A stretch of 56,371 nt of DNA from Chiloscyllium plagiosum (GCF_004010195.1 NC_057753.1:10872340-10928710), one strand, 5' to 3'. Positions 12,360 through 26,305 are shown, counted from the first letter of the stretch. Numbers and translations are program-made. Notes: a model not told the origin generated them from the sequence alone.

Positions 12360-12830
12360 AAGATATTGTGAAACTTGAAAGGCTTCAGAAACAATTTGTT
12401 AGGGTGTTGCTCAGGTTGGTAGATTTGAGAGACAACGTCAGGCTGAATAGGCTGGGGCTGTTTTCCCTAGAGCATAGGAGGGTTAGGGGTGATCTTATAG
12501 AGGTTTATAAAATCATGAAGGGCATGGATAGGTTTCCCTGGCGTGGGAGACTTCAAGAGCTAGAGAGCATTTGTTTAGGGTGAGAGGGGAAAGGGTTTAA
12601 AAAGGGACCTAAAGGGCAACTTTTTCGCGCAGAGGGTGGTGCATGGACTGAATTAACTGCCAAAGGAAGTGGAGGAGGCTACAGCATTTCAAATGCATCT
12701 GGATGGATACATGAATAGGAAGGTTTAAATGGATATGGGCCAAATGCTGGCAAATGGGCCTAGATTAATTTAGGATATCTGCTTGGCACAGACTGAAGGG
12801 TTTGTTTCCATACTCTACAACTCCATTATT
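12360..12830 (+). mobile_element. CR1/HER1 LINE 3' fragment
   Basis: KLERLQKQFVR..RLGLFSLEHRRVRGDLIEVYKIMKG. Confidence 0.85.
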
Positions 12831-13269
12831 TTATTTCTACATAGTCAGAATCAATTTTACAAGACTAGGACTAGGCCATTCACCCCTCAAAGCCTGTCCT
12901 CAACTGTGGCCTAACTGCACATATTTCAATGCAAAGTTTGAGAAAGATGTTGGCAGTTTTTTAAATACAATTTAAACTTTAATGATGTTTCTGAATATAA
13001 ACATTTTCGATAAGGCATTTGTCATGCACTTGCATCTCCCAGGCAGAGTAATCACCATCCATTCTCTATCTCTGAGAAGGGCTTGATACAGCGATCAAAG
13101 AGGGTTCAAGGCATGAAAGATGGTGGTGGCGGTGGGACAGACAGAAAGGCCAGAGTCTCAGGACCACCAAGACAATGGAGGGACAGAGGATGGGGGAAAG
13201 AGAATGACATGCAGATGGAATGGATAGGGGGCAGTGGGTGGGGAGAAGATAGCACAAATCACAATTTCC

Positions 13270-13855
13270 CAAGACCAATGTCAGGCTTATTCTCCATCTC
13301 ACACATAAGCACACACTTTCTCACACACTCACACATGCACGCAACCATACAAGTAAGTCTATGAGGTGAATTTGCATTTGCAGATCCATTCTATTTGGCT
13401 CAAAAAGCACACAATCTGCAGGCGGTCAATCCAAGTAATATTTTACAAATTCCTACTTTGGAAATAGAACCAGTCTGACTCAAGATTGGAATACAGAGAC
13501 TCAAACTTCACACCTTTAATACATTGTCTGAGCTGAGCGGTCACCATTTTGTTTCATAAAACCTGAAGTTATTTCAAGAATGTGACTTGAAAGTAGTTCT
13601 GGGATTTACAATATTATTGAAATGAAACCTGCAACTCACTGTAAAAGATGGAAGACTTAACAGCAATCTAAATTTGTTCAATATATCATTTCGGCTGCAT
13701 GACACTGTAATTTTTCGATATAAATAATGTGTCTTATGATCCTGCTCCACAGCTACCTGAAGATCTTTCCAAATAAACCTGTTGGACTATAAATTGGTGC
13801 TGTGTGATTTTTAACTTGATCCACCCCAGTCCAACACCGGCTCCTCCACATCGTG
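13270..13855 (+). mobile_element. Penelope-type 3' region and pLTR (family A), HHR core deleted
   Basis: CA-rich stretch then the family-A tail ending caccccagtccaacaccggctcctcc; after ctacctgaaga the stem II and GAAA are missing. Confidence 0.7.
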
Positions 13856-14671
13856 TCGACTGACCACAGCCCACACCTCTTGGTGCTGCCAGTAAACGTT
13901 ACAATGCTGATGAAACAATGCAGTACCTGCACTCCTGAAAAATTGACAATTTCTAACGATACTAGTTACTCATTCACTGCTCTGTCTGATACATGACATT
14001 AGAAACTTAGTGCTGGAGGCTGAAAGAAATCAGCAACTTTAAAACAAAAACCTTTTGGATCTCTCAGCTTTCAATGAAAGTCTGAGCCCAGGTTACCTTT
14101 ATTGCGACTCAACTTTGCTACAGCTTCAGGTTTCCCCAGGGAAAAGGCATACAAAAAAGTAGCCTTTTCTTTCTTTAAGCAACTCAAGGTCAAAGCACAC
14201 ACACTACCCCAACCACCAACCCCTCACCCTACTTTCTTTACTATTGATTTGTATTTGGATCCCTGGTACAGCCTTAACCAATCGGAAGTATTGCCTCACT
14301 CAGCAATTTCAACTTACACACTGTATCCAAGTATGTTTCTCCCCACTCACTAGCTGGGGGAGGGCCGGGGGGGGGGGTGGAGAGGGATGTCAGTCAAGAG
14401 TCAACCACACTGCTATGGGTCTGGAGTCACATGTGGCCAGACCGGGTAAAGAATGCAGCTGGGACGACTGAATGAATCCTTTCCCACAACGGCAATTTCC
14501 TTCCCTTAAAAGGAAAATGTGTGAATCAAATGGCGTTTTTTTTTCCCTCATGAAAATGGTTTCATCATTTGATTCTGGACTCCAGATTTCTGACTGAGTT
14601 CAATTTCCACCTTCTTCCGCGGCAGGATTGGAACCCAGGAGTTCCCAGAGGTGGGCTGATAGTCCAGTCAA

Positions 14672-14760
14672 AAATGGCACTCGGCCGTCGCTCCTTCAAT
14701 CCCCCTACGATGGCATGTGAACTTGCTGGTGCCTCCACAAGTGGGAGGAGCTGGTGAAGT
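14672..14760 (-). pseudogene. Remnant of the ZNF coding exon (end of last finger and stop codon only)
   Basis: Matches 3944-4032 and translates as FTSSSHLWRHQQVHMPS. Confidence 0.8.
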
Positions 14761-14761
14761 C

Positions 14762-14975
14762 CTAATGTACCTAACACTACAGACAATTTAGCATAGCCAA
14801 TTCACCTGACCTGCACATTCTTGGATTGTGGGAGGACACTGGAGCACTCAAAGGAAACCCATGCAGACACTGGAAGAATGTGCAAACTTCACACCGACAG
14901 TCGCCCAAGGCGGGAATCGAACCCGGGTCCCTTGCATGGTTAGGCAGCAATGCTAACCACTGAGCCCGTGCCATT
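14762..14975 (-). mobile_element. HE1-type tRNA-derived V-SINE
   Basis: A box tggctcagtgg and B box ggttcgattcc on the minus strand, plus the V-domain core. Confidence 0.85.
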
Positions 14976-15084
14976 CCTATTCAAATATCTATCCAGATGC
15001 CTTTAAATGTTGCAGTTTATATATACATATATATAAAAAACCTAAGGGACAACCTTTTAATGCAGAGGGTGGTGCATTTTATAT

Positions 15085-18000
15085 ATTTCCCCTCTCACCC
15101 TAAACCTACGCCCTCTAGTTCTGGACCCCCCCACTCCAAGGAATGGATTTTGTCTATTTATTCTATCCATGCCCCTCGTGATTTTATAAACTTGTGTAAA
15201 GGTAACCTCTCAGCCTCTGACCCTCCAGGGAAAACTGCCCCAGCATATTGAGCCTCTCCCCATAGCTCAAATCCTCCAACCCTGGCAACATCTTTGTAAA
15301 TTTTTTCTGAACCTTTTCAAGTTTCACAACATCCTTCCTAAAGGTAACCTCTCAGCCTCTGACCCTCCAGGGAAAACTGCCCCAGCATATTGAGCCTCTC
15401 CCCATAGCTCAAATCCTCCAACCCTGGCAACATCTTTGTAAATTTTTTCTGAACCTTTTCAAGTTTCACAACATCCTTCCTCTTTCACACAACATTCCAG
15501 AAGTGGCCAAACCAACATCCTGTACAGCCACAACATGACCTCCCAACTCTGATACTTAATGTTCTGACCAATAAAGGAAAGCATACCAAATGCCTTCTTC
15601 ACAATCCTATGTACCTGTGACCTACTTTCAAAGAAATATGAACCTGCTCTCCAAGGTCTTTTTGTTCAGCAACAGTCCCTTGGAACTTACCATTAAATGT
15701 ATAGGTCCTACTAAGATTTGCTTTCCCAAAATGCACCACCTCGCATTTGTTGAAATTAAACTCCATCTATCACTCATCAGCCCACTGACCTATCTGATCA
15801 AGATCCTGTTGTAATCAGAGGTAACCTTCTTCGCTATCCACAACACCTCCAGTTTTGGTGTCATCTGCAATTTACTAACTAAATCTCCAATGTTCACATC
15901 CAAATCATTTATATATGTGACAAAATGTAGTGGATACAGCACCAATCCTTGTGGCACTCCACTGGTCACAGGCCTCCACCACCAGCCTCTGTCTTCTACC
16001 TTCAAGCCCGTTCTTTATACAAATGGCTAGTTCTCCCTGTATTCGATGAGATCTGATCTGATCTTGTTAACCAGTCTCCCATGGGGAACCTTGTCGAACA
16101 CCTTCCTGAAGTCCATGTCGATCATGTCCACTGTTCTGCCCTCAATCCTGTTTATTACGTCTCCAAAAACTCAATCAAGTTCATGAGACATTCCCCACAC
16201 ACAAAGCCATGTTGACACTCCCTAATCAGTCATTCCCTTTCCAAATGCATGCAAATCCTGTTCCCCAGGATGCCCTTCAAAACCTGCCAACCATCAATGT
16301 TAGGCTTATTGGTCTATACTTCCCTGGCTTGTTCTTACCACCTCTCTTAAATAGTGGCACCACGTTAGCCAACCTCCAGTCTTCAAGCACTTCACCTGTA
16401 ACTATTGATGATACAAATATTTCAGCAAGGGGCCACAACAATCACTTCACTAGCTTCCCACAGAATTGTCAGATACATCTGATCAGGTCCTGGGGATTTA
16501 TCCACTTTTATGCGTTTCAAGACATCCAGTACTTCTCTACTGTCATATGGAGATTTTACAAGATGACATCATCTATTTCCCTACATTGTATATCTTCAAT
16601 ATCCTTCTGCACAGTAAAAACTGATGTAAAATGTTCGTTTTGGATCTCCCCATCTCCTGCAACTCCACACAAAGGCCATCTTGCCGATCCTTGAGGGGCC
16701 CTATTCGCTCCCTAGTTACCCTTTTGTCCTTAATCTATTTGTATGAGTCCTTTGGATTCTCCTTAACCCTATTTGCCAAAGCTATCTCATGTTTTTATCA
16801 TCCTGATTTCACTCCTAAGTATACTTCTACAGCACTTATACTCTAAAGATTCACTTGATCTATCCTGTGTATACCTGACATATACTTTCTTCTTCTTCTT
16901 AACCAAACGGTCAATTTCTCTAGTCATCTAGCATTCCCTACACCTACCAGTCTTTCCTTTCACCCTAACAGGAATATACTGTCTCTGGACTCTCATTCTA
17001 ATTTCTGAAGGCTTCCCATTTTCCAGCCATCTCTTTATCTGCAAACACCTGTCCCCAATCAGCTTTTGAACATTCCTGCCTAATATGTCAAAATTAGCCT
17101 TCCTCTAATTTAGAGCTTCAACTTTTAGATACAGTCTATCCTTTTCCATCACTATTTTAAAACTAATAGAATTATGGTTGCTGGCCCCAAAGTGCTCCCC
17201 CACTGACACCTCAGTCACCTGCCCTGCCTTACTTCCCAAGAGCAGGTCAAGTTTTGCACGTTCTGTAGTCATACATCCACATTCTGAATCAAAAGATTTT
17301 CTTGTACACACTTAACAAATTTCTCTCCATCTAAACCCTGAACACTATGGCAGTCCCAGTCTATGTTCGGAAAATTAAAATCCCCTACCATTACCACCAT
17401 ATTATTCTTACAGATAACTGAAACCTCATTATAAATTTGTTTCTTAATTTCCTGCTGACTATTCAGGGCTCTATAATACAATCCCAATAAGGTGATCATC
17501 CCTTTCTTAATTCCCACTTCCATCCAAATAACTTCACTGGATGTATTTCCAGGAATATCTTCCCGAAATATGGCTGTAACACTATCCCTTATCAAAAAGG
17601 CCACTCCCTCTTCTCTCTCACTCCCCTCCCTCCTCCCCCCCCCTTTGCCTTCCTTTAGCATTTGCATCCTGGAACATTAAGGTGCCAGTCCTGTCCATCA
17701 CTGAGCCGCATTTCTGTAATTGCTGACATATCCCAGTCCTATGTTCCTCACCATGCAGAGGTGATCTGCCTTCCCTGTTAGGCTTCTTGCATTGAAATAA
17801 ATGCAGTTTAATTTATCTGTCTACCTTGTTCTCTGCTTTGTCCCGGTCTGCCCTGACTGCTTGACTGGCTTTTTTTCTCAACTGTGGCAGTCTCAGATTG
17901 ATCTCTTTCTTCACTATCTCCCTGGGTCCCACCTCTCCCACCTTACTAGTTGAAATCCTCCTGAGCAGCTCTAGCAAATCTCCCTGCCAGTATATTAGTC

Positions 18001-18480
18001 CCCTTCCAATTCAGGTGCAATCCATCCTTCTTGTTCAGGTCACTTCTGCCCTAGAAGAGATTCCAATGATACAAAAATGTGAATCCTTCTCCCATACACC
18101 AGCTCGTCAGCCACATATTCATTTGCCTTGTCCTCCTATTCTGACCCTCACTAGCTCATAGCACCGGGAGTAATCCAGATATTATCAACCTTGAGGACCT
18201 CCTTTTTAAATTCCTGCCGAACTTTCTATGCTCTCCCTTCAGAATCTCATCTTTTTCCTTTCCTATGTCATTGGTTCCAATGTGTACAATGACCTCCCGC
18301 TGGTCCCTCTCCCCTTTGTGAACATTCTGCCCCCTCTCTAAGACATCCTTGATCCTGGCACAAGGGAGGCAACACACCATTCTGATTTTTCACTGCTGGC
18401 CACAAAAACATCTGTCTGTGCCTCTGATGAGAGTGCCCATTTACAATTGATCACTTGGAATCCGACATACCCCACATTGC
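15085..18480 (-). mobile_element. Large degenerate CR1 LINE (ORF1 esterase, ORF2 endonuclease and RT, 3' end)
   Basis: CLPCARIKDV..VHIGTNDI (SGNH esterase), GGGVAFL/VGDFNFPNIDW (endonuclease), SGVPQG..INDLD (RT). Confidence 0.9.
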
Positions 18481-20439
18481 ATTGGAGCCTATGTAGGGGT
18501 GTTCAAAACCAGAGGGCGTAGGTTTCAGGTGAGATGGGAAAGATTTAGAAGGGACCCAAGGGGCAACATTTTCACACAGTGGGTGGTGCACATATGAAAT
18601 GAACTGCCAGAGGAAGTGGTGGAAGCTGGTACAATAACATTTAAAAACCATCTGGATGAGTATGTGAATAGGAAGGATTTGGAGGGAAATTGACCAAATG
18701 GGCATAGACGTATGTAGGATATCTTATCAGCATGGGAGTGTTTGATCGAAAAATCCATTTCCGTGCTGTACTTCTGTCTATTTGATAACATATGCTTTAT
18801 TTCCGTCGATTAAGCACAATCACTAATTTTGTTTCAATTTTCTTGTTTTATTCTCTGCTATGACAACACTGTGTCTGGATGGTTGACAGGCTGGGAGACT
18901 AGGGGTTGGGCCTTGAGTGACTGAATGTTTTATTGTTCCAGAAGGTGTGGGGGGGGGGGGGGGTGTCAAAGCTTCAGCAGAAATCCACCAGAGCTGAGAA
19001 CAGACAACATCTTACTCTGTGGGAACAGGGAGATCAGAGGACACAGAAATAAGGACCTGAAATCCAAGCTGATTGGCAGTGCCATCCTCTACCTTTACCT
19101 AGCTTCCCATTTGACTTCAATTCCATGTAACCCCTCAATATTCAGCATTCAATCCTTGTCATCCTGAAGCCATGTCTCTGTAAGGAGTCTCAGATCGTAA
19201 TTATTCTCTTCAATGTGTGCAGTCAATTCATTCACTTTTGTGACAATGCAGCACACATTCAGACACAGTCTTTAATTTCAATTTTTGTGATCTTTTGAAT
19301 CCAGCTTTGATTGCTAGTACATTCACTCTCCTTGTCCCTTTCTATCATTCTCCGACATTCATTTTACACATCACTAGATTGCTCACCGGCCTTGATTTGG
19401 CTTGGCCTTGTTAAATTGTCCATTGTGTCCAGGGATATGCAGGTTAGGTGCATTAGCCATGGGAAATGCAGGGTTATAGTTTCATAGCAATAGAAGCAGG
19501 AGTAGGCCTTTTGGCCCGTTGAGCCTGCTCCACCATTCATTAAGCTCATGGCTGACGAATCCATCATCTCTGCTCTTCCTACCTGCATTATCCCAACTAC
19601 CCTTAATTCCCCAACCATGCAAACACCCATCCAACTGTGCCTTGAATATACTTAATGAAGCTGCCTCTACTGCTTCCTTGGGCAGAGAATTCCATAGAGT
19701 CACTACTCTCTGGGAAAAGCATCTCCTCCTCAGCTCTGTCCAAACTCTACTCCCCCATTCTTGAGGCCTAGTCTCACCCACCAGCAGAAATGACCTGATA
19801 GGGTTGGGGAGCGGGGGCTGGATTTGGAGGGGTCGGTGTGGACCTGATGGACCGAATGGCTTATATCCGCACTGTAGGTCTTCCATGATATACCAGTTGT
19901 GTTTGCCCCGGATCACAGCACCCAGAACATCCCATATTCTGCAAATCAAAAGGCAAGTCCCACCCTGCCTCCCGCTCATACATACTTAATGCTTAATCAT
20001 TTCCAGGGAGTACAGCCCACACCTCTTGCTGCTACCAGTAAACTTTACAATGCTGATGAAACAAAGCAGTACTATTGCAGAAAATCCTAAGATTCACAGC
20101 TCCTTCTGATGCACAGCATTGGAAATATAATATTGGCGGCTGAAAGAAAATGAGCAGGTTAAAAGAAAAACCCACCTAACACTTCACTAGGCTCCCAGCT
20201 CAGCGCACTGACTTAATGCCGATAAATCTTAAAGCACTTCATCACCACAGCGCAATGAATCCCCATTTTCTACCCAAATTCCTGATGAACTCACTCACTC
20301 AATTGCTGTTTCACAAATGATTTTTGTTGGAACTTTCATCACAACTACTTCCGCTCCCAGTAAGGGCAAAACATCTTTGAAAGCTGCTCTGAAAATCCAG
20401 TCTTCACAGTAACACTTCTGCTTTCACCAAAGACAGTTG

Positions 20440-20960
20440 GAGTCATACAGCACGGAAACAGACCCTTCGATCCAACTCGTCCATGCTGACCAGATATCTT
20501 AAACTAATCGAGTCGCATTTTCCAGCATTTAGCTCATATCCCTCTAAACCCTTCCTATTCATGTCTCCATCCCGTTGCCTTTTAAATGTTGTAATTGTAC
20601 CAGCATCCACCACTTCCTCTGGCAGATTGCACCACCCTCTGTGTGAAAATGCTGGCCTTCAGGTCCCTTTCAAATCTTACCCCTCTCACCTCAAACCCAT
20701 GCCCTCTAGTTTTGGACTCCCCTATCCTGGGAAAAGCTCTTGGCTATTCACCCTGTCTATGCCCCTTATGAACTTCGATACCATCAGCCCTCAGCCTCTG
20801 ATGCTCCAAGAATAACACACTCAACCGATTCAGCGTCTCCCTGCAGCTCAAACCCTACAACTCTAGCAACAGCCTTATCAATCTTTTCTGAACTCTTTCA
20901 AAGTTCCACAACATCTTTCCTTTTGCAAGAAGACCAGAACAGAATGCAATATTCCAAAAG
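20440..20960 (-). mobile_element. CR1/HER1 LINE 3' fragment
   Basis: Paralog of 9665-10190; it continues at 23780-24050 after nested insertions. Confidence 0.75.
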
Positions 20961-23775
20961 TGACACCAAATTGGAGGTATAGTAGACAGCGAAGAAGGTT
21001 ACCTTTGATTACAACGGGATCTTGATCAGATGAGCCAATGGGGAGTGGCAGTTGCAATTTAATTTAGATAAATGAGAGTTGCTGCATTTTGGGAAAGCAA
21101 ATCTTAGCAGGACTTATACACTTAATGGTAAAGCCCTAGGGAGAGTTGATGACCAAGGAGACCTTGGAGTGAAGGGTATAGCTCCTTGAAAGTGGAGTCA
21201 CAGGTAAATAGGATAGTGAAGAGGCAGTTTGGTATGCTTTCCTTTATTGGTCAGAGTATTAGAACATAGAACAGTACAGCACAGAACAGGCCCTTCAGCC
21301 AACGATGTTGTGCCGACCATTGATCCTCATGTGAGGTAAACCTAATGTACGAACTCTCAAATTTCTGTGACTATATGCGTGTCCAGCAGTCTCTTAAATA
21401 TCCCCAATGACCTTGCTTTCACAACTGCTACTGGCAACTCATTCCATGCTCTCACAACTTTCTGCATAAAGAACCCACCTCTGACATCCCCTCTATACTT
21501 TCCACCAACAGCTTAAACTATGACCCCTCGTGTTAACAATTTCTGCCCTGGGAAAAAGTTTCTGGCTATCAACTCTGTCTGTGCCTCTCATTATCTTGTA
21601 CACCTCAATTAGGTCCCCTCTCTTCCTTCTTTTTTCCAATGAAAAAGTCCAAGCTCAGTCAACCTCTCTTTCTAAAATAAGCCCTCCATTTTTGGCAGCA
21701 TCCTGGTAAACCTCCTCTGAACCCTCTCCAAAGCATCCACATCTTTCCTATAATAGGGCGACCAGACTGGACACAGTATTCCAAGTGCGGTCTAACCAAA
21801 GTTTTATAGAGCTGCAACAAGATCTCACGGCTCTTAAACTCAATCCCCCGTTAATGAAAGCCAAAACACCATATGCTTTCTTAACAACCCTGTCCACCTG
21901 GGTGGCATTTTTAAGGGATCTATGTACCTGCACACCAAGATCCCGCTGTTCCTCCACACTGCCAAGAATCCGGTCTTTAATCTTGTACTCAACTTTCAAG
22001 TTCGACCTTCCAAAATGTATCACCTCGCATTTGTCCAGATTGAACTCCATCTGCCACCTCTCAGCCCATCTCTGCATCCAACAGTCCTCTATACTGTTAA
22101 CGACACCTCCAACCTTTGTGTCGTCTTCAAACTTGCTAACCCATCCTTCAATCTCCTCATCCAAGTCATTAATAAAAATTACAAAGAGTAGAGGCCCAAG
22201 AACAGAGCCCTGTGGAACACCACTCACCACTGACTTCCAGGCAGAATATTTTCCTTCCACTACCACTCGCTGTCTTCTGTCAACCAGCCAATTATGTATC
22301 CAGACAGCTAAATTTCCCTGCATCCCATTCCTCCTGACCTTCTGAATGAGCCTACCATGAGGAACCTTATCAAATGCCTTACTGAAGTCCATATACACAA
22401 CATCCACCATTCGACCCTCATAACTTGTCTAGTAACATCCTCAAAGAACTCAATAAGATTTGTGAGGCATGACCTGCCCTTCACAAAGCCGTGCTGACTG
22501 CCTTTAATCAAGCCATGCTCTTCCAGATGGCCATAAATCCTATCCCTCAGAATCCTTTCTAACACCTTGCAGACGACAGACGTGAGACTGCCTGGTCTGT
22601 AATTGCCGGGGATTTCCCTATTTCCTTTCTTGAAGAGAGGAATTAAATTTGCCTCCCTCCAGTACGACGCCGGTGGAGAGCGAGGATGCAAAGATCTTCA
22701 CAAGCGGCGAAGCAATCACATTTCTCGCTTCCCAAAGCAGCAGAGGATAAATCTGGTCTGGCCCTGGCGACTTGTCAATCTTAATGTTTGTCAAAATTTT
22801 CAACACATCAGCTTCCTCAACCTCTCTGTTCCAGCATGCTTAACTGCTCCTCAATGGTTTCATTCACTACAAGATCCTTTTTGGTGACTTGTCAATCTTA
22901 ATGTTTGTCAAAATTTTCAACACATCAGCTTCCTCAACCTCTATCTGTTCCAGCATGCTTAACTGCTCCTCAATGGTTTCATTCACTACAAGATCCTTTT
23001 CTTTAGTAAAAATAGAAGCAAAAAACTCATTTAGGGCTTCCCCTCCTCCTCAGACTCTATACACAAGTTCCCTATGCTATCCCTGATCGGCCCTACTCTT
23101 TCTTTGATCATTCTCTTATTCCTCACATACGTGTAAAATGCCTTTGGATTCTCCCTAATCCTTTGGATTATTGACTACAGGAGTTGGGAGGTCATGTTGC
23201 GGCTGTATAAGACATTGGTTAGGCCACTTTTGGAATATTGCATGCAATTCTGGTCTCCTTCCTATCAGAAAGATGTTGTGAAACTTGAAAGGGATCAGAA
23301 AAGATTTACAAGGATGTTGCCAGGGTTGGAGGATTTGAGCTATAGGAAGAGGTTTAATAGGGTGGGGCTGTTTTCCCTGTGCATTAGAGGCTGAGGGGTG
23401 ACATTATAGAGGTTTATAAAATCATAAGGGACATGGATAGGATTAATAGATGAGGTCTTTTCCCTGGGATGGGGGAGTCCAGAACTAGAGGGCATAAGTT
23501 TAGGGTGAAAGGGTAAAGATATAAAAGTGACTTAAGGGACAATGTTTTCACGCAGAGAATGGTGCGTATGTGGAATGGGCTGCCAGACGAGTGGTGGAGA
23601 CTAGTACGATTGCAACATCTAAAAGGCATCTGGGATGGGGATATGAAGACGAAGGGTGTGGAGTGATATGAGGTGGTTGCTGGCAGGTGGGACTAGATTG
23701 GGTTGGGATATCTGGTCGGCATGGACGAGTTGGATCGAAGGGTCTGTTTTCATGCTATACATCTCCGTGACTCAA
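20960..23775 (+). mobile_element. CR1 LINE 3' part, interrupted by an antisense CR1 at 21261-23165
   Basis: DTKLGG..DLGV at 20960-21260 resumes at 23168 with MLRLYKTLVRPLLEYCMQFWSP and the 3' tail. Confidence 0.85.
21261..23165 (-). mobile_element. CR1 LINE (RT domain and 3' tail)
   Basis: VDVVYMDFSKAFDKVPH..SGVPQGSVLGPLLFVIFINDLD..KFEDDTK; tail ending ctgttctatgttct. Confidence 0.92.
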
Positions 23776-25356
23776 TGGTTGAACCAATGTCCTGCAGCCA
23801 CAAAATGAACTCCCAATTTCTTTACTCCATGCACTGACCAATAAAGGAAAGCATACCAAATGCCTTCCTCACTATCCTATCTACCTGCAACTCCACTTTC
23901 AAGGAACCATGAATCTGCAGTGCAAGGTCTCTTTGTTCAGCAACACTCTCCATTAACTGTGTAAGTCCTGTCATGATTTGCCTTACCAAAAGGCAACACC
24001 TCACACTTGTCTAAATTTAACTCCATCTACTACTCCTCAGCCTATCAGCCCATCCAATCAATTTTAGTTTACACAAAAACTTATTTCCTCTCATTCTCGA
24101 AAAGCTGAAATTCTCATCCCACACACAATCCCTCCATTCTCACTTTGCTGAACCTAATCCCTGCTGTACCTCATCCTGAAGGGTCTGGTTCATGCTGATT
24201 AACAGGCCCAAACTCAGGGGGGGATCTAATTGAAACATACAGAATACTAAACGGCCTGAACAGAGTGGACGTTGGGACAATGTTTCCGTTGGTAGGAGAG
24301 ACTAGGACCTGAGGGCATAGCCTTAGAGTGTGGGAAAGACCATTTAGAATAGAGATAAGGAGAAACCTCTTCAGCCAGAGAGTTGTGAATGCATTGAATT
24401 CACTTCCAGAGAAGGCCAGATCACTGAGTATATTTAGGACTGCGATCGATAGGTTCTTGAGTATTGAAGGGATCAAGGGTTGTGGCGATAAAGTGGGAGA
24501 ATGGGGTTGAGAAACTTATCAGCTATGATTGAATGTTGGAGAAGACCCGATGGGCTGAATGGCCTAATTTCTGTTCCTGTGTCTTAAGGTCTCTTGCTGT
24601 CTTGGACACAGAATTGGGAGCAGCAGTAGACCATTTAGTCTTTCGAGCCTGTACCAGCATTGAAAGACCATAACTGGATATGATTATATCTATATCTAGG
24701 TGGATAGAGTGGGACATTTTTCACTGGAGCTTAGGAGGTTGAGAGATGACCTTACAGAGGATTATAAAATCATAAGGAGGTACAGATGAGGTGAACAGGA
24801 AAGGTGTCCTCTCCTTTGGGTGGGGGTTTCAAGATTAGACAGCCAATTTTGAAGGTGAGAGGGGAAAGAAGAGTGGCACAATTTGTTTTTTTTTAAACAC
24901 AGAGAGTGGCTTGCATACGGAATGAATGTCCAGAGGAAGTGGTGGATGCAGGTACAGTTACAACATTTAAAAGACATTTGAATAATATATGAATAGAAAA
25001 GGTTCAGAAGGATTTGGGCCAAACACTGGCAGGTGGAATTAGTTTAGTTTGACAACATAGTCAGCATGGACTAGTTGACTGAAGGGTCAGTTTCTGTGCT
25101 GTATGACTAACTATTCAGTACTGGTCTTAAAACTATTTTATTGCCTTCCCCCATAACCATCCACTTCTTTGTTGTTCAAAAATCAGATGAACTCAGCCTT
25201 GAATATATCTAATAACCTTCTAACCACTGAAAGACATCCCACTTCTGAACTCAATTCCTCTTGCTAATATACAACTTACCTTGCTCATTGCTTGCTGCAC
25301 TTGTCTGACAACTTGCATTGACAGGCGTAGAAAGCCACTTTTTACGTTCATACATA

Positions 25357-25490
25357 ATTCCTGATGAAGGGCTCGTGTCCAATACGTGGACTCTCCGGCT
25401 CCTCGGATGTTGCCTGACCTGCTGTGTCTTTCCAGCGCCACACATTTCAACTCTGATCTCCAGCATCTGCAGTCCTCACATTCTTCACAT
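25357..25490 (+). mobile_element. Short HHR-bearing pLTR insertion (family B), degenerate
   Basis: attc CTGATGA a gggc tcgt gtcc AATA cgtg; paralogous to 11390. Confidence 0.7.
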
Positions 25491-25906
25491 CCCAACATTT
25501 AAACAATGCACCTCCCTTCTTTATTTTTTCCCCACAGCAAAGGCTATAAGTTTACCCTGTGGTTACTGCATTTGCCATGTGCTCGCCAATTGAGATACGG
25601 ACTCTTTCCAGCGCCACACATTTCAACTCTGATCTCCAGCATCTGCAGTCCTCACATTCTCCACATCCCAACATTTAAACAATGCACCTCCCTTCTTTAT
25701 TTTTTTCCCCACAGCAAAGGCTATAAGTTCACCCTGTGGTTACTGCATTTGCCATGTGCTCGCCAATTGAGATACGGACCTGGACGAACTTTTCCAGAGT
25801 CTGTCCCCTTCCTAGATTCGCTCCCTTCCGTTTCAGTCAACAATTGAACTGCAGAACGCAAAAAAAGGGAAAATGGGAGGGTGAGAAACAAAAGTGTTGT
25901 ACTCAC

Positions 25907-26015
25907 AGAGGAAGGAAGTTGCAATCTGGGGAGAAGCGCAATCTTCATTCAGGGAGAGGGGAACAACAGCAGCAGCTTCAGAAGCTCATGGACTAACTTC
26001 CGCATTCAGACAATA
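25907..26015 (-). other. Duplicate putative noncoding first exon (orphaned)
   Basis: Donor actcac at 25901-25906; homologous to 11766-11890. Confidence 0.55.
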
Positions 26016-26210
26016 GGGTGGCCGTAATTGGCAGAAGGGTCAGATCCCTTCCGGTCCTCCAGAGCTTTTCATTGGTCCATCCAAAGAAAATCGCGAGCAG
26101 TTTGCAGCGGACAGCGAGGAGCATGCGCATTCCTTTGCTGACACCGGTAACATGCGCTGTTCTTGCTGACACCGAAAAGCATGCGCAGTATTCTCTGTGG
26201 TGATGCTTGT
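26015..26210 (-). promoter_or_regulatory. Duplicate promoter (two CCAAT boxes, ETS, TCGCGA, three NRF1-like sites)
   Basis: ATTGG at 26027 and 26071, CTTCCGGT at 26048, TCGCGA at 26091, CATGCGC three times at ~29-bp spacing. Confidence 0.65.
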
Positions 26211-26305
26211 GTTAGTGACATATTTTAAGCGTCCAAATACCAATTGGAATGAAAAACGTAGGAGCCATACGTTTTTGTATGTCTTTTCGCCAGGGTAGGG
26301 GACTC

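Larger units (their letters stand above)
2530..13150. repeat. Tandem segmental duplication unit A (contains the intact ZNF gene)
   Basis: Colinear with ~13720-27100 over unique sequence: 3' flank, intron, exon 1, promoter and upstream region. Confidence 0.85.
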
